From assembly GCA_031283155.1 (NCBI GenBank), contig JAITCI010000018.1, positions 13,690 to 77,689 on the forward strand: 64,000 nt of DNA, read 5' to 3'. Source of the stretch: Spirochaetota bacterium. Lineage in GTDB: Bacteria > Spirochaetota > JAGLSM01 > JAKPMW01. The translations under genes and the position numbers were made by a program. Below the pieces are notes generated by a model. That model was not told the DNA's origin and searched no databases. It saw nothing but the letters and a program-made list of their open reading frames with translations. How positions within the stretch are numbered: the first letter of the stretch is position 1; the number at the start of each line of letters is the position of its first letter. Positions 39,279-49,242 of this stretch are shown here, piece after piece.

Positions 39279-39485
39279 ATTCCACCTCGCTTTGTTATTT
39301 ATTGCAATAAGAGCATTATAGCTTATCCGGAGCCTGTATTCAGAAAAATATTTCACGGCTGACACAATGTCAGTATCCGGCTTCGCGGCGGCAGAGCATA
39401 CAACACTGAAAACGGATGCCCGCTATAGAGTATGCGAACATCCGCCCCCGAAGAAAATTCAATGACCGCCAAACAATACTGCGCT

Positions 39486-40643
39486 TTAGCGCCGCGGATA
39501 TTTCCTGAGAAAAGCCGGGATGTCGATATTATCGCTGCTGACGCCGGTATATGCCGCGCCCGGGAAAGGCGGCAATTCGCGCAGAACCGGTTCCCCCCGT
39601 GTGCCGACGGCCGCAGGCTGCTTCATTCCCATAAAAAATTCGTTACCGGATACCATCTCCTCGCTCTTTTGGGCGCGCTCCTGAACCCTCTTAAAACCGG
39701 TAGCGATAACGGTCACCAGTACCTCGTCCTTGTAGCGGTCGTCAAATACATTCCCACAGATAATCTCGGCGTCGTCCGAAACCTTCTCGCGTACCGTTTC
39801 CACGATCTCCTGGTAGTCAACAATGGAAAAACCATAGCCGCTCGTGATATTGATCAGCACAGCCTCCGCGCCGTCTATACAGGAATCCTCAAGCAGGGGA
39901 TTGTTGATGGCTATGTGCGCGGCAACGGCGGCTTTATTATCTCCGCTGGCGAGACCCACCCCCATCAATGCCTGCCCGCGGTTGGCTATAACCTTGCGGA
40001 CGTCGGCAAAATCGACATTGACGTGTCCTGTTTTGGTGATGAGGTCGGAAATACCCTGCACCGCCTGCCGCAGCACATCGTCGGCCTGGCGGTAGCATTC
40101 CTCAAGGGTATGCTTGCGTGTGGAGTTGGTAATAAGGTTTTGATTCGGGATGGTGATGAGCGCGTCGACGTGCTCGATCAGTTTCCGGATGCCTTCCTCC
40201 GCATGCTCCATGCGCGGTCTGCCCTCAAAATGAAAGGGCTTGGTGACAATGCCTACTGTTAAAATACCGAGGCTGCGGGCAATCCGCGCGATCAGCGGTG
40301 CCGCTCCGGTACCGGTTCCGCCGCCCATGCCTGCTGTGACAAATATCATGTCCGCGCCCTTAAGCGCTTCAGTGACGCGTTCCTGGGCTTCCTCGCAGGC
40401 CTTCTCGCCGATCTCAGGACTCGCGCCCGCGCCAAGACCCTTGGTCAGTTTCTGACCAAGCTGGATCTTTTCAAGCGCGTTTGACTTAAAGAGCGCCTGG
40501 GCGTCGGTATTGGCCGCAATGAATTGGATGTTGTCGAGACGGCAGGATATCATGCGGTTCACCGCATTGCATCCGCCGCCTCCAACCCCAATGACCTTGA
40601 TGACCGTCGGACTGCACACCTGTTCAACCATTTCAATCGTCAT
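39486..40643 (-). CDS. ftsZ: Cell division protein FtsZ
   Basis: GVGGGGCNA, GMGGGTGTG, NVDFAD, IDIPAFLR. Confidence 0.98.
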   Translation of the reverse strand: MTIEMVEQVCSPTVIKVIGVGGGGCNAVNRMISCRLDNIQFIAANTDAQALFKSNALEKIQLGQKLTKGLGAGASPEIGEKACEEAQERVTEALKGADMIFVTAGMGGGTGTGAAPLIARIARSLGILTVGIVTKPFHFEGRPRMEHAEEGIRKLIEHVDALITIPNQNLITNSTRKHTLEECYRQADDVLRQAVQGISDLITKTGHVNVDFADVRKVIANRGQALMGVGLASGDNKAAVAAHIAINNPLLEDSCIDGAEAVLINITSGYGFSIVDYQEIVETVREKVSDDAEIICGNVFDDRYKDEVLVTVIATGFKRVQERAQKSEEMVSGNEFFMGMKQPAAVGTRGEPVLRELPPFPGAAYTGVSSDNIDIPAFLRKYPRR

Positions 40644-40715
40644 TTTCCCCTCCTTAAACGACGCAAGACTTGCCTTCCGGCCCCATCCGCCGGAAGACAG
40701 ATTGTATTGTATAGA

Positions 40716-41948
40716 TCAGAAAAATTCGCTGAGCCATTCCTTTGCCCTGCGGCTCATTTTTTTTAACAAACCGTCGCGGCTGTCTCTCGCGAGTTCGCCG
40801 TATTCGATATCCTCAAGCCCGCAATGACAGAGACCGACCGCCGTTGCGTAGAGCGGGTTGCTCACCATATCCCTGAGTCCGCTTATCGCGCGCGGCACCC
40901 CAATCCGCACCGGCAGCTTGAACATCCCTTCGCCCAGTTCGACCGAACCCTCCAGCAAGGAAGCGCCTCCGGTTATAATGACTCCGCCCGCGATCAGTTC
41001 GTCAAAGCCTGTCATATGGATCTCGCGGTTCGCGAGGTTGAAGATCTCTTCCATACGCGGCTGGAGTATCTCCGCTATAAGGGTGCGCGCCACGCGCTGC
41101 GGCATACGCCCGCCGACTGCGGGAACCTCGACCATTTCGGCGGGATTTACGAGTTCGCGCAAGGCGTTGCCGTATTTCTTTTTTATCACCTCGGCGGAAA
41201 CAGTTGAGGTGCGCAGCCCAACCGTGAGATCGTTTGTAACCTGGTTGCCCCCCAGGGAGAGTACACCCGTATGCCAGACAGCGCCGTCGACAAACACAAG
41301 CACGTCGGTGGTGCCGCCGCCGATATCCACCAGAATACAGCCCAATTCTTTTTCGTCGTCGGAGAGTACCGCATAAGACGCAGCCAGGGGCGACAAAACC
41401 ATATCCCTGATGACCAACCCGGCACGGCGTACACTTTTTTCCATATTTTGGATGGCGCTGGTAAGCCCCGTAATGATATGGATTTCGGCCTCAAGACGAA
41501 CACCGCACATACCCACGGCGTCCTTTATCCCGTCCTGTTCGTCAACGATAAACTCCTGCGGAAGAACGTGCAGCACCCTGCGCGCGCCCGGTATCTTGAC
41601 CGCGCGGGCGGCGTCGATTACCCGCTCAACCTCGGCGGGCGTGATCTCGCGTTCCCGGCCGGAAACGGCAATAACGCCGCGCGAATTCATGCCCTCGATA
41701 TGGTTGCCGGAAATGCCGACGTACACGTCTTTGATGGTGAGTCCGGCCATGAGTTCCGCTTCTTCGATTGCCTTGCGAATCGAATCCACGGTAGCGTCGA
41801 TATTGACGACCACGCCCTTACGGAGACCATTGGATGGGGCTGTTCCCACACCCTTGATCTCGATATTGCCGTTTACGTCGCGCTCGCCAACCACTACCGA
41901 GACCTTAGTCGTCCCGATATCCAGCCCCACCGCAATGGTACTCTCCAA
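40716..41948 (-). CDS. ftsA: Cell division protein FtsA
   Basis: GLDIGTTK, DIGGGTTD, ITGGAS; TTG start 41948 with GGAGG RBS. Confidence 0.97.
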   Translation of the reverse strand: MESTIAVGLDIGTTKVSVVVGERDVNGNIEIKGVGTAPSNGLRKGVVVNIDATVDSIRKAIEEAELMAGLTIKDVYVGISGNHIEGMNSRGVIAVSGREREITPAEVERVIDAARAVKIPGARRVLHVLPQEFIVDEQDGIKDAVGMCGVRLEAEIHIITGLTSAIQNMEKSVRRAGLVIRDMVLSPLAASYAVLSDDEKELGCILVDIGGGTTDVLVFVDGAVWHTGVLSLGGNQVTNDLTVGLRTSTVSAEVIKKKYGNALRELVNPAEMVEVPAVGGRMPQRVARTLIAEILQPRMEEIFNLANREIHMTGFDELIAGGVIITGGASLLEGSVELGEGMFKLPVRIGVPRAISGLRDMVSNPLYATAVGLCHCGLEDIEYGELARDSRDGLLKKMSRRAKEWLSEFF

Positions 41949-41986
41949 AACACCCCTCCCCCAAAAACCATTGCCGGAATTTAACC

Positions 41987-42015
41987 ATTCTACTGAATAC
42001 ATACCCAATATTCAA
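41987..42015 (-). promoter_or_regulatory. Putative internal sigma-70 promoter for ftsA-ftsZ
   Basis: TTGAAT-N17-TAGAAT. Confidence 0.65.
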
Positions 42016-42025
42016 GCAGTTTTTT

Positions 42026-42088
42026 GCCGACAGGACGTCAGCACCCCGCATGGTACCCTGTGAGTAATGGCACCGTATTTATGCGGGG
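42026..42088. repeat. Palindromic element overlapping the ddl stop and abutting the ftsA promoter
   Basis: GCCGACAGGACGTCAGC hairpin plus CCCCGCAT/ATGCGGGG stem; similar to 52604-52676. Confidence 0.8.
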
Positions 42089-43035
42089 CTGCTATCCGCC
42101 AAAGCCGATTCCAGGATGCGCTCCACAAGCGCGTCAAAGTCAATCCCGGCTTCTCTTGCCTCGGCGGGAATATCGCTCGTTTCCGTCATTCCCGGCAGAG
42201 TATTCACCTCAATGATCCACACCTCGCCGTTTTCATCCACAATGGCGTCCACACGCGAGAGCCCCCGGCATCCGAGGAGCCGATGCACCCGGAGCGCAAG
42301 ACTCTGCGCATGGGCGTATACCATCGGCGGAAGCGCTGCCGGAAGAACAAATCGCGTGAGACCTGCGGTATATTTTGCTTCGTAATCATAAAATTCCCTG
42401 CCGCCCATAGGTTCCAGCCCAAGCACAGGCAGAGCAAAGGCCTCGCAGCCCGTGCCGAGGATGCCGGTGGTGATCTCCTTACCGCATATATATTGCTCGA
42501 TGATCGTTTGCGGATATAGCTCCGCGACCTCGTTTGCTGCGGCAAAAAGCGCATCGGCGTCATGCGCAATCCGCACCGCGATGGAGGATCCCTCCTCGGT
42601 GGGCTTCACAACCAGCGGAAAACCAAAATGCTCGCGCGCCTCCGTGCAGCTTGCCGCCCTGTTCTGCCCGATGAGTACACAGGGAGGCTGCCGGATGCCC
42701 TCCGCCGCCAGAAAGCGCTTTGTGGAGAGCTTATTCATGGCGATGGCCGAGGTAAGCACCCCCGATCCGGTATAGGGAATATCCATGCACTCCAGAAGCC
42801 CCTGAATACAGCCGTCCTCTCCATAGCGTCCATGCAGCGCGATATAGGCAAGCTGCACCCCTTCCTCGCGCAGTCGGAAAGCAATCTCATTATCCACGTC
42901 TATCTGTACCGCGTCCAGCCCCAGGCGTTTGCAAGCCGCAAATACATTCGCGCCGCTCCGGAGAGAAACCTCGCGCTCGCGGGATTTCCCCCCGCAGAGT
43001 ACCCCCACGCGGAGGGCGCAGAGTCCCTCAGTCAT
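42079..43035 (-). CDS. ddl: D-alanine--D-alanine ligase
   Basis: GGKSREREVSL, LHGRYGEDG, GSSI, YDYEAKY, EVNTLPG. Confidence 0.97.
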   Translation of the reverse strand: MTEGLCALRVGVLCGGKSREREVSLRSGANVFAACKRLGLDAVQIDVDNEIAFRLREEGVQLAYIALHGRYGEDGCIQGLLECMDIPYTGSGVLTSAIAMNKLSTKRFLAAEGIRQPPCVLIGQNRAASCTEAREHFGFPLVVKPTEEGSSIAVRIAHDADALFAAANEVAELYPQTIIEQYICGKEITTGILGTGCEAFALPVLGLEPMGGREFYDYEAKYTAGLTRFVLPAALPPMVYAHAQSLALRVHRLLGCRGLSRVDAIVDENGEVWIIEVNTLPGMTETSDIPAEAREAGIDFDALVERILESALADSSPA

Positions 43036-44155
43036 GCGCATCCTCCGTTTGCGGGAGCTTCGGGGTATGCGCTTCCCGCGCGATCTCTTCGGCAATATCC
43101 GCCATCCGGCAGAGCGTTAAGGGATCATATAACCTGGAAGCGGCTTTTCGCATCTCGAGAAGCGCCGCGCGATTATTGATTAAGCCGTCCAGAACCTCTT
43201 CGAGGCGATCCGAAAAATCCAGCCCCTCCGTAACAACCACTGCGGCACCGGCTTCCTCCCAGGCGCGCGCGTTTCTGCGCTGGTGATCGTCTGCGGCATA
43301 GGGATACGGCACAAGGATGGAGGGCGTTTTGCAGGCCGCGAGCTCCGAGAGCGAGGTCGCGCCGGCGCGCGAAATGACCAGAGCGGAGGCGGAAAGGAAA
43401 GCCGCCATGTCGTCCACAAACGGGAAGAGGTGCACGTCCTTCATGCCCGAGATATCGCGCTCCAGCTCTTCGTAGTTATTGCGTCCGCAGCTCCAGAGAA
43501 CGGTGATTTTTTTTTGCCTGCGTACAATGGTAAGCAGGGCATTGTTGAGTTCGCGCGCGCCCTGACTCCCGCCCGTAATCCCAAGAACAAATTTACTGCC
43601 GTCAATGCCCATGCGCTTCATGGCCTCCGCCTGCGACACCCCGCCAAAACTCGGGCGCACGGGATTTCCTGTAATCAGGGCACGTTTACGCGCGCGCGCG
43701 GAGAAGAGATCCAGCGCCTCGCGGAAATTCAAAAAGAGCGCCGCCGCTTTTTTCGCAAAATGCCTGTTGGCGCGCCCCGGCCAGGCGTTCTGCTCCGCAA
43801 CGCAATAGGGCGTACGGCTTCGCCGGCAGGCAATCAAAAGGGGGGCGCTCGCATAGCCCCCAAACCCAATGCAGAGATCCGGACGCATCGCCTGGATGAG
43901 GCTTCGCGCTTTCCGCACGGAAACAAGAAGGCAGCAGAGACTCTTAATATTCCGGTATATTTTTTTCCGGTAGAGCTGCTGCACGGGAAAACCCACAAAA
44001 CGGTTCCCGAGGCGCTCCAGATACTCAAATTTCCCATAATCGGCGCGCGCGCCCACAAAGAACACCTCATGCCCGCGCCTAAGCAGTTCCTGATAGAGGG
44101 CAAGCCCCGGGAAGATATGCCCGCCGGTGCCTCCGGCAGTTATAAAAAAAATCAT
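43028..44155 (-). CDS. murG: MurG glycosyltransferase
   Basis: GGTGGHIFPG, GFGGY, TGNPVR, GGSQG, SRAGA. Confidence 0.97.
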   Translation of the reverse strand: MIFFITAGGTGGHIFPGLALYQELLRRGHEVFFVGARADYGKFEYLERLGNRFVGFPVQQLYRKKIYRNIKSLCCLLVSVRKARSLIQAMRPDLCIGFGGYASAPLLIACRRSRTPYCVAEQNAWPGRANRHFAKKAAALFLNFREALDLFSARARKRALITGNPVRPSFGGVSQAEAMKRMGIDGSKFVLGITGGSQGARELNNALLTIVRRQKKITVLWSCGRNNYEELERDISGMKDVHLFPFVDDMAAFLSASALVISRAGATSLSELAACKTPSILVPYPYAADDHQRRNARAWEEAGAAVVVTEGLDFSDRLEEVLDGLINNRAALLEMRKAASRLYDPLTLCRMADIAEEIAREAHTPKLPQTEDAHD

Positions 44156-45246
44156 GCTCTCACCTCGTGTCGTGAAATATTAAGCACTACACCGAGCGCA
44201 ATGCAGTTTGCCACCAGCGATGAGCCGCCATAGCTCAGGAACGGGAAGGGCAAACCGGCTATAGGCAGGAGTCCCGTGATCATGCCGGCGTTGATGAGCG
44301 TCTGCCACGCAATAAACATCGCAATCCCAAAACAAAAAAGCCGCGCAAAATTATCCTGTGTGCGCAGGGCGATGCGGAATATCCGCCAGACAAGCGCGAG
44401 GATAAGCAAAAGCAGAAAGCTCACGCCAAGCGCGCCTATCTCCTCCGCATGTGCCGCCAGAATAAAATCGGTGTGCGCTTCGGGGAGTGCGCCCATCTTC
44501 TGCACACCCCTGCCGATCCCGCGCCCGATGTAGCCGCCGTTTTGAAACGAGAGAAGAGACTGCACAACCTGATAGCCCATATTTTCAGGGTCGGCCAGGG
44601 GATCGAGATGCGCAAAGATGCGCGTACGCAGATAGTCGCGGCCAAAAAGAAGAACAATGAGAAAGGGGACGGCGGAAAGCGCAAGCCCGATGATATGCCT
44701 CATCGGCACTCCGCCCATTAAAAGCAGCGTGATTCCGACAATGAGGACCAGAATAGCGGTCGAAAAATCGGGTTCAAAATAGATTAAACATACAAAGCAA
44801 AGGGTAATCAGAAGCGGAGGCAAAAAACCGCGCAGACTTCCCTCGAGACCCTGCTCATGTTTCTTGCTCATGATCCCCGCGAGGTAGAGAACGAGCGCGA
44901 TCTTCGCAAATTCCGAAGGCTGCATCTGCAAGACCGGAAGGCTGATCCAGCGGCGCGCGTTGTTGACCAAATGCCCGACCCCGGGGATCAGAACGAGAAC
45001 AAGCAGCGCAAGACATGAAAGAACTATGGGCAGGGTAAGCGGCTGGATCCGCATATACGGAATAAAAATCAACCCGACCATGCAGGCGATGCCGATCCCC
45101 GCCGCTATGCCCTGGCGGATCAGGAAGGCGTTCGCGTTATCGTAATAGCGCTGCGCGGTATTCGTGCCGGCGCCGTAGACAAGCAGCACCCCCAAAAACA
45201 CGAGGACGAGCGCCAGAACAAAAAGAAGAATATCGGGTTTATCCAC
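44152..45246 (-). CDS. ftsW: SEDS protein FtsW
   Basis: QPSEFAK, EPDFST, LPEAHTDF, SYGGSS; GTG start with GGAGG RBS. Confidence 0.95.
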   Translation of the reverse strand: MDKPDILLFVLALVLVFLGVLLVYGAGTNTAQRYYDNANAFLIRQGIAAGIGIACMVGLIFIPYMRIQPLTLPIVLSCLALLVLVLIPGVGHLVNNARRWISLPVLQMQPSEFAKIALVLYLAGIMSKKHEQGLEGSLRGFLPPLLITLCFVCLIYFEPDFSTAILVLIVGITLLLMGGVPMRHIIGLALSAVPFLIVLLFGRDYLRTRIFAHLDPLADPENMGYQVVQSLLSFQNGGYIGRGIGRGVQKMGALPEAHTDFILAAHAEEIGALGVSFLLLLILALVWRIFRIALRTQDNFARLFCFGIAMFIAWQTLINAGMITGLLPIAGLPFPFLSYGGSSLVANCIALGVVLNISRHEVRA

Positions 45247-46669
45247 CTTTTGCCTCCGCGCCCTGTTTCCGCACCCAATCCCTGAAGAAATCTCCGCGAA
45301 CCTCAAAATTATCGAATTCATCGAATGAGGTACATCCGGGGGAGAGGACTACCTCGCCCGCTTTGCGGTCGAGCGCGCTTGCATACGCGCGCTTAATCGC
45401 GGATTCCAGACGCGCCTCCACAGGCGAGAGCGCGGCGTCGCTTCCCAGGGCGGCGGCAAGCTGCGCGCGTATCTTCGCGCCGGCCTCTCCGAATGGAAAA
45501 ACCTTAAGCCCCTTCGCGCGGATCGATGCCGCGAGGGGCGTGAAATCCAGCCCCTTGTCGCGCCCCCCGAGAAGAATGGACGCACCCGCGCCCGCCGACT
45601 CTGCCGCGCTCATAACGGCGGATACCGTGGTGGCCTTCGAGTCGTTGATAAAGCGCACCCCCGAGACGACACCTGCGTATTCATATCTGTGCGGGAGTCC
45701 GGAAAAATCCGCGAGCCCCGCGCGGATCTCCGCGTCCGGTATCCCGAGCGCATGGCTTATCGCAGCCGCCGCGAGCGCGTTGGTGCTATTATGCTGCCCA
45801 AAAACCCTGAGTTCGGAGAGCGGCATAATCGGCGTATCCTGCCGCATGATCCATGCCCGGGAATCCGCCTGATCCGCGCTCCCGCGAGACAGGTGTACTG
45901 CCCCGCCCGCCCCAAAGGGGATATGCGTCACCCCGTCCGGCACGGCGCTCGCAAAGCGCCCGGTGTATGCCGAATCCAGCGGATAGACCGCCTTCGCGCC
46001 GCGCGCGAGATGCGTAAAGAGCCGGAGCTTTGCCTGAAGATAACTTTCCATATCGGGATAGCGATCCAGATGATCGGCGCCAAAGTTCAGGATAGCTCCC
46101 AGCTCCGGTGAAAATTCGTCTATCGATTCCAGCATGAAGCTCGAGAGTTCCAGCGCGAGGATCTGATCCTGCGGAATCTCTTCAACAACATTCAGAACAG
46201 GAATACCGATATTCCCCGCGATACACCCCCGGCTCTGCTGCGCAAGAATGCTCCCGACCATCGAAACAACCGTGGACTTGCCGTCTGTTCCCGTTATGCC
46301 TGCGATGCGGCAATGCGCAAAATGCCAGGCAAGCTCGATATCGCCGATAACCGGAATCCCGCGCCGCGCGGCCTCATCACAGAGTTCGCCCGTACGCGGA
46401 ACCCCCGGGGAGAGGATCATCAGCGCGGCGTTATCAAGCGCGCGCGCGGGCTGCTCGCCGGCGATGAGTTCAAAATTGCGGAGAAACTCCGGCGGCATAT
46501 CCTGCCCGAGTTCGGCAAGCGCGGCGGTGTGCGCGTCTTTCGGTTTTTTGTCCACAGCGATAACCCGCGCGCCCTTTTTGAGCGCGAAGCGCGCCGCCGA
46601 TACGCCGGTCCTTGGGCTGAACCCAAATACAACAAGTTTTTTTCCGGCGAGATCGAGCATGGGCATCAC
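45239..46669 (-). CDS. murD: UDP-MurNAc-L-Ala--D-Glu ligase
   Basis: SPGVP, TGTDGKST, ELSSF, DHLDRY, NDSKAT, SPGC. Confidence 0.96.
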   Translation of the reverse strand: MMPMLDLAGKKLVVFGFSPRTGVSAARFALKKGARVIAVDKKPKDAHTAALAELGQDMPPEFLRNFELIAGEQPARALDNAALMILSPGVPRTGELCDEAARRGIPVIGDIELAWHFAHCRIAGITGTDGKSTVVSMVGSILAQQSRGCIAGNIGIPVLNVVEEIPQDQILALELSSFMLESIDEFSPELGAILNFGADHLDRYPDMESYLQAKLRLFTHLARGAKAVYPLDSAYTGRFASAVPDGVTHIPFGAGGAVHLSRGSADQADSRAWIMRQDTPIMPLSELRVFGQHNSTNALAAAAISHALGIPDAEIRAGLADFSGLPHRYEYAGVVSGVRFINDSKATTVSAVMSAAESAGAGASILLGGRDKGLDFTPLAASIRAKGLKVFPFGEAGAKIRAQLAAALGSDAALSPVEARLESAIKRAYASALDRKAGEVVLSPGCTSFDEFDNFEVRGDFFRDWVRKQGAEAKGG

Positions 46670-47751
46670 CTTACCTTGAGGGTGGCGAGCGCAAGGATCG
46701 CGAGCAGGAGACCCACAATCCAGAATCGGGTGATCACCTTATTCTCGTGCCAGCCCCCGAGTTCATAATGGTGGTGCAGGGGCGCCATGCGAAAAACGCG
46801 CCGCCCCTTGAGCTTGAAGTAGCCCACCTGGATGATCACCGAGAGCGCTTCCGCGACAAAAACTCCGCCCACCAGTACCAGGAGCATCTCTTTTTTAAGC
46901 ATCAGCGCGATCAGACCGAGCGCGCCGCCCAATGCGAGGCTGCCGGTGTCGCCCATAAATACCTCCGCAGGATGCGCGTTATACCAGAGGAATCCGACTC
47001 CCGCGCCAAAGAGCGCCCCGCAAAAAACCGCGAGTTCGGCACTGCCGGGCAAAAACGGAATTTTGAGATAGGTCGCGATATTAAAATGCCCCGTAACATA
47101 GGCAATCGCGGCAAAGGCGGCAGCGACTATGAGCGTGAGCCCTATCGCGAGACCATCGAGTCCGTCGGTCAGATTGACCGAATTGCTGGAACCGATAAGC
47201 AGAACAATCGCAAAGGGAATATACAGCCAGTCCAAATCTATCGAAAATTCGGCAAAAAACGGAATGGAAATTTTAGTCAGCTCCGTGGACTGCAGGGGAT
47301 TCAGATAGAGCGCCCCGACGACCGAAAGGGAAACGATGCACTGCATCAGTATCTTGTAGCGCCCCGGGAGACCGCGGGTATCCTTGCGCACAATCTTGAG
47401 ATAGTCGTCCAGAAAACCGATGAGCCCGAACTGCAGGGTGGCGATAAGCGCGATGATAACGTAGGGATTGCCGAGATTCCCAAAGAGGAGCATCGCGAGA
47501 ACGAGTCCCGCGAGGATCAGGAGGCCGCCCATGGTGGGCGTCCCGGATTTGCTCTTGTGCGTGTCGGGACCATCCGAGCGGATATTCTGGCCGGCCTTGA
47601 CGCGCGCGAGAAAACGGATGAGCCTGGGCCCGATAAAAAAACAGACAAAGAGCGCGCATACCAATGCGGCGCCCGTCCGGAATGTAATATACCGGAAGAT
47701 ATTCAAAGCGGAAAAATATTTTATCAGCGGCAGAAAAATCTCAAGCAACAT
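46666..47751 (-). CDS. mraY: Phospho-MurNAc-pentapeptide transferase
   Basis: KSGTPTMGG, NLTDGLDGLA, FMGDTGS, MAPLHHHYE. Confidence 0.97.
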   Translation of the reverse strand: MLLEIFLPLIKYFSALNIFRYITFRTGAALVCALFVCFFIGPRLIRFLARVKAGQNIRSDGPDTHKSKSGTPTMGGLLILAGLVLAMLLFGNLGNPYVIIALIATLQFGLIGFLDDYLKIVRKDTRGLPGRYKILMQCIVSLSVVGALYLNPLQSTELTKISIPFFAEFSIDLDWLYIPFAIVLLIGSSNSVNLTDGLDGLAIGLTLIVAAAFAAIAYVTGHFNIATYLKIPFLPGSAELAVFCGALFGAGVGFLWYNAHPAEVFMGDTGSLALGGALGLIALMLKKEMLLVLVGGVFVAEALSVIIQVGYFKLKGRRVFRMAPLHHHYELGGWHENKVITRFWIVGLLLAILALATLKVR

Positions 47752-47835
47752 AGAGCGTCACTCCAGTCATCGGGATAGTCGGCGAAGATGCAGACCATCA
47801 GACAGAAACTTCGGGGAAAATGCGCCGCACAGATT

Positions 47836-49242
47836 TTAAGATTCAAGCAGCGGCAGCATTTCCTCCAGGCGCATGGCATGGGATCCCTTCAGGAACACGG
47901 TATCCCCCGCGCGGACAAAACCGGGCAGCCAGGACTTGGCTTCGCCGCATGAGGGAAAGATATGTAGACGCTCCGCGCAAAACCCGCGTGCGCGCGCCTC
48001 GCTCGCGCATCCCGCCATGGCAGGCCCGATTGCCACGAATTCATCGCACACCTCTTCGCCGCTTATCCATGCCCCGAGCTCGCCATGAATACGCGCCGAA
48101 TCCCCCCCGAGTTCGAGCATATCGGCAAGCACGGCAATACGCCGCGAACCCCGAACCGACGCGAGAAGGGTAAGCCCTGCCCGCATGGATTCGGGGTTCG
48201 CATTATAACAGTCGTTGATGATCGCTACCCTCCCGCCGACGACCTGCGACCGGGATTCGACCGCGCGGATATACGATATCCGTCCGGCAATAACGCTTTT
48301 GGCAAGGCCCAGCTTATCTGCGGCGGCTGCGGCGGCGGAGAGATTCATGAGATTATGCGCCCCTCCCAAGGCAAAACTCACTTCCCCGCCGGCACAGCCG
48401 AGCATATACCCATCAAGACCGCGATCCCGGGCGACGGTAAAACCCTCCGGAATCGCTCCGAAGGGAATGATCGTACCCGGAACCTCAGCCCGGAGAAAAT
48501 CAAAATAGGGATCGTCCCTGTTCAGCACAGCGGCGCAGTTTGCGTCAAAATACGACAGCGCCTCTTTCTTCGCGCGCGCGATGGCTTCCCGGCTCCCGAA
48601 ATTTTCGATGTGCGCGGTTCCGATATTGGTGATGATCACGAGTACGGGGCGCGCGATCTCCGCCAGCCGCGAGAGTTCGCCGACGTGATTCATTCCCATC
48701 TCGAGCAGGAGCATCTCGTCATTGTCTTCGAGCGAGAAGATGGTGAGCGGCACCCCAATATCGTTATTGTAATTTTTGGCGGCGTTCCGTACCGCAAACC
48801 GCGCGGAGAGCAGGGTATACAGAATATTGCGCGTGGTGGTTTTTCCGCTCGAGCCCGTCACCGCGATAACCGGAACGCGCCAGGCTGCAAGCGCGATGGC
48901 CGCCATATCCCCGAGCGCGCGGCGCGCATCACAGGCGGCGATTATAATCCGCGTGTGCCGACCGGCATATTCGAGGATACGCGCGCGCGCGGGATGATCC
49001 GCAAATGCGCGGGCGTCAACCACAGCGGCAAGCGCGCCCTGCAAGAGCGCGTCCATGACATAGTCATGCCCATCGGCGCGTTCGCCCCGCAATGCAAAGA
49101 AGAGCTTGCCGCGCTGATCCTCGCGCGAGTCGATAGAGACGCCCGAGAGTATCAGCGGTTCGCCCGAATGCAGAGCGTCCGCTCCGGCGAGGACTTCCGC
49201 CGAAAGCGTATTCAGGAGAATGCGGAGGTTGATCTTTCTCAT
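47836..49242 (-). CDS. murF: UDP-MurNAc-tripeptide--D-Ala-D-Ala ligase
   Basis: TGSSGKTT, NNDIGVP, DCYNANP, DMLELG, KGS. Confidence 0.95.
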   Translation of the reverse strand: MRKINLRILLNTLSAEVLAGADALHSGEPLILSGVSIDSREDQRGKLFFALRGERADGHDYVMDALLQGALAAVVDARAFADHPARARILEYAGRHTRIIIAACDARRALGDMAAIALAAWRVPVIAVTGSSGKTTTRNILYTLLSARFAVRNAAKNYNNDIGVPLTIFSLEDNDEMLLLEMGMNHVGELSRLAEIARPVLVIITNIGTAHIENFGSREAIARAKKEALSYFDANCAAVLNRDDPYFDFLRAEVPGTIIPFGAIPEGFTVARDRGLDGYMLGCAGGEVSFALGGAHNLMNLSAAAAAADKLGLAKSVIAGRISYIRAVESRSQVVGGRVAIINDCYNANPESMRAGLTLLASVRGSRRIAVLADMLELGGDSARIHGELGAWISGEEVCDEFVAIGPAMAGCASEARARGFCAERLHIFPSCGEAKSWLPGFVRAGDTVFLKGSHAMRLEEMLPLLES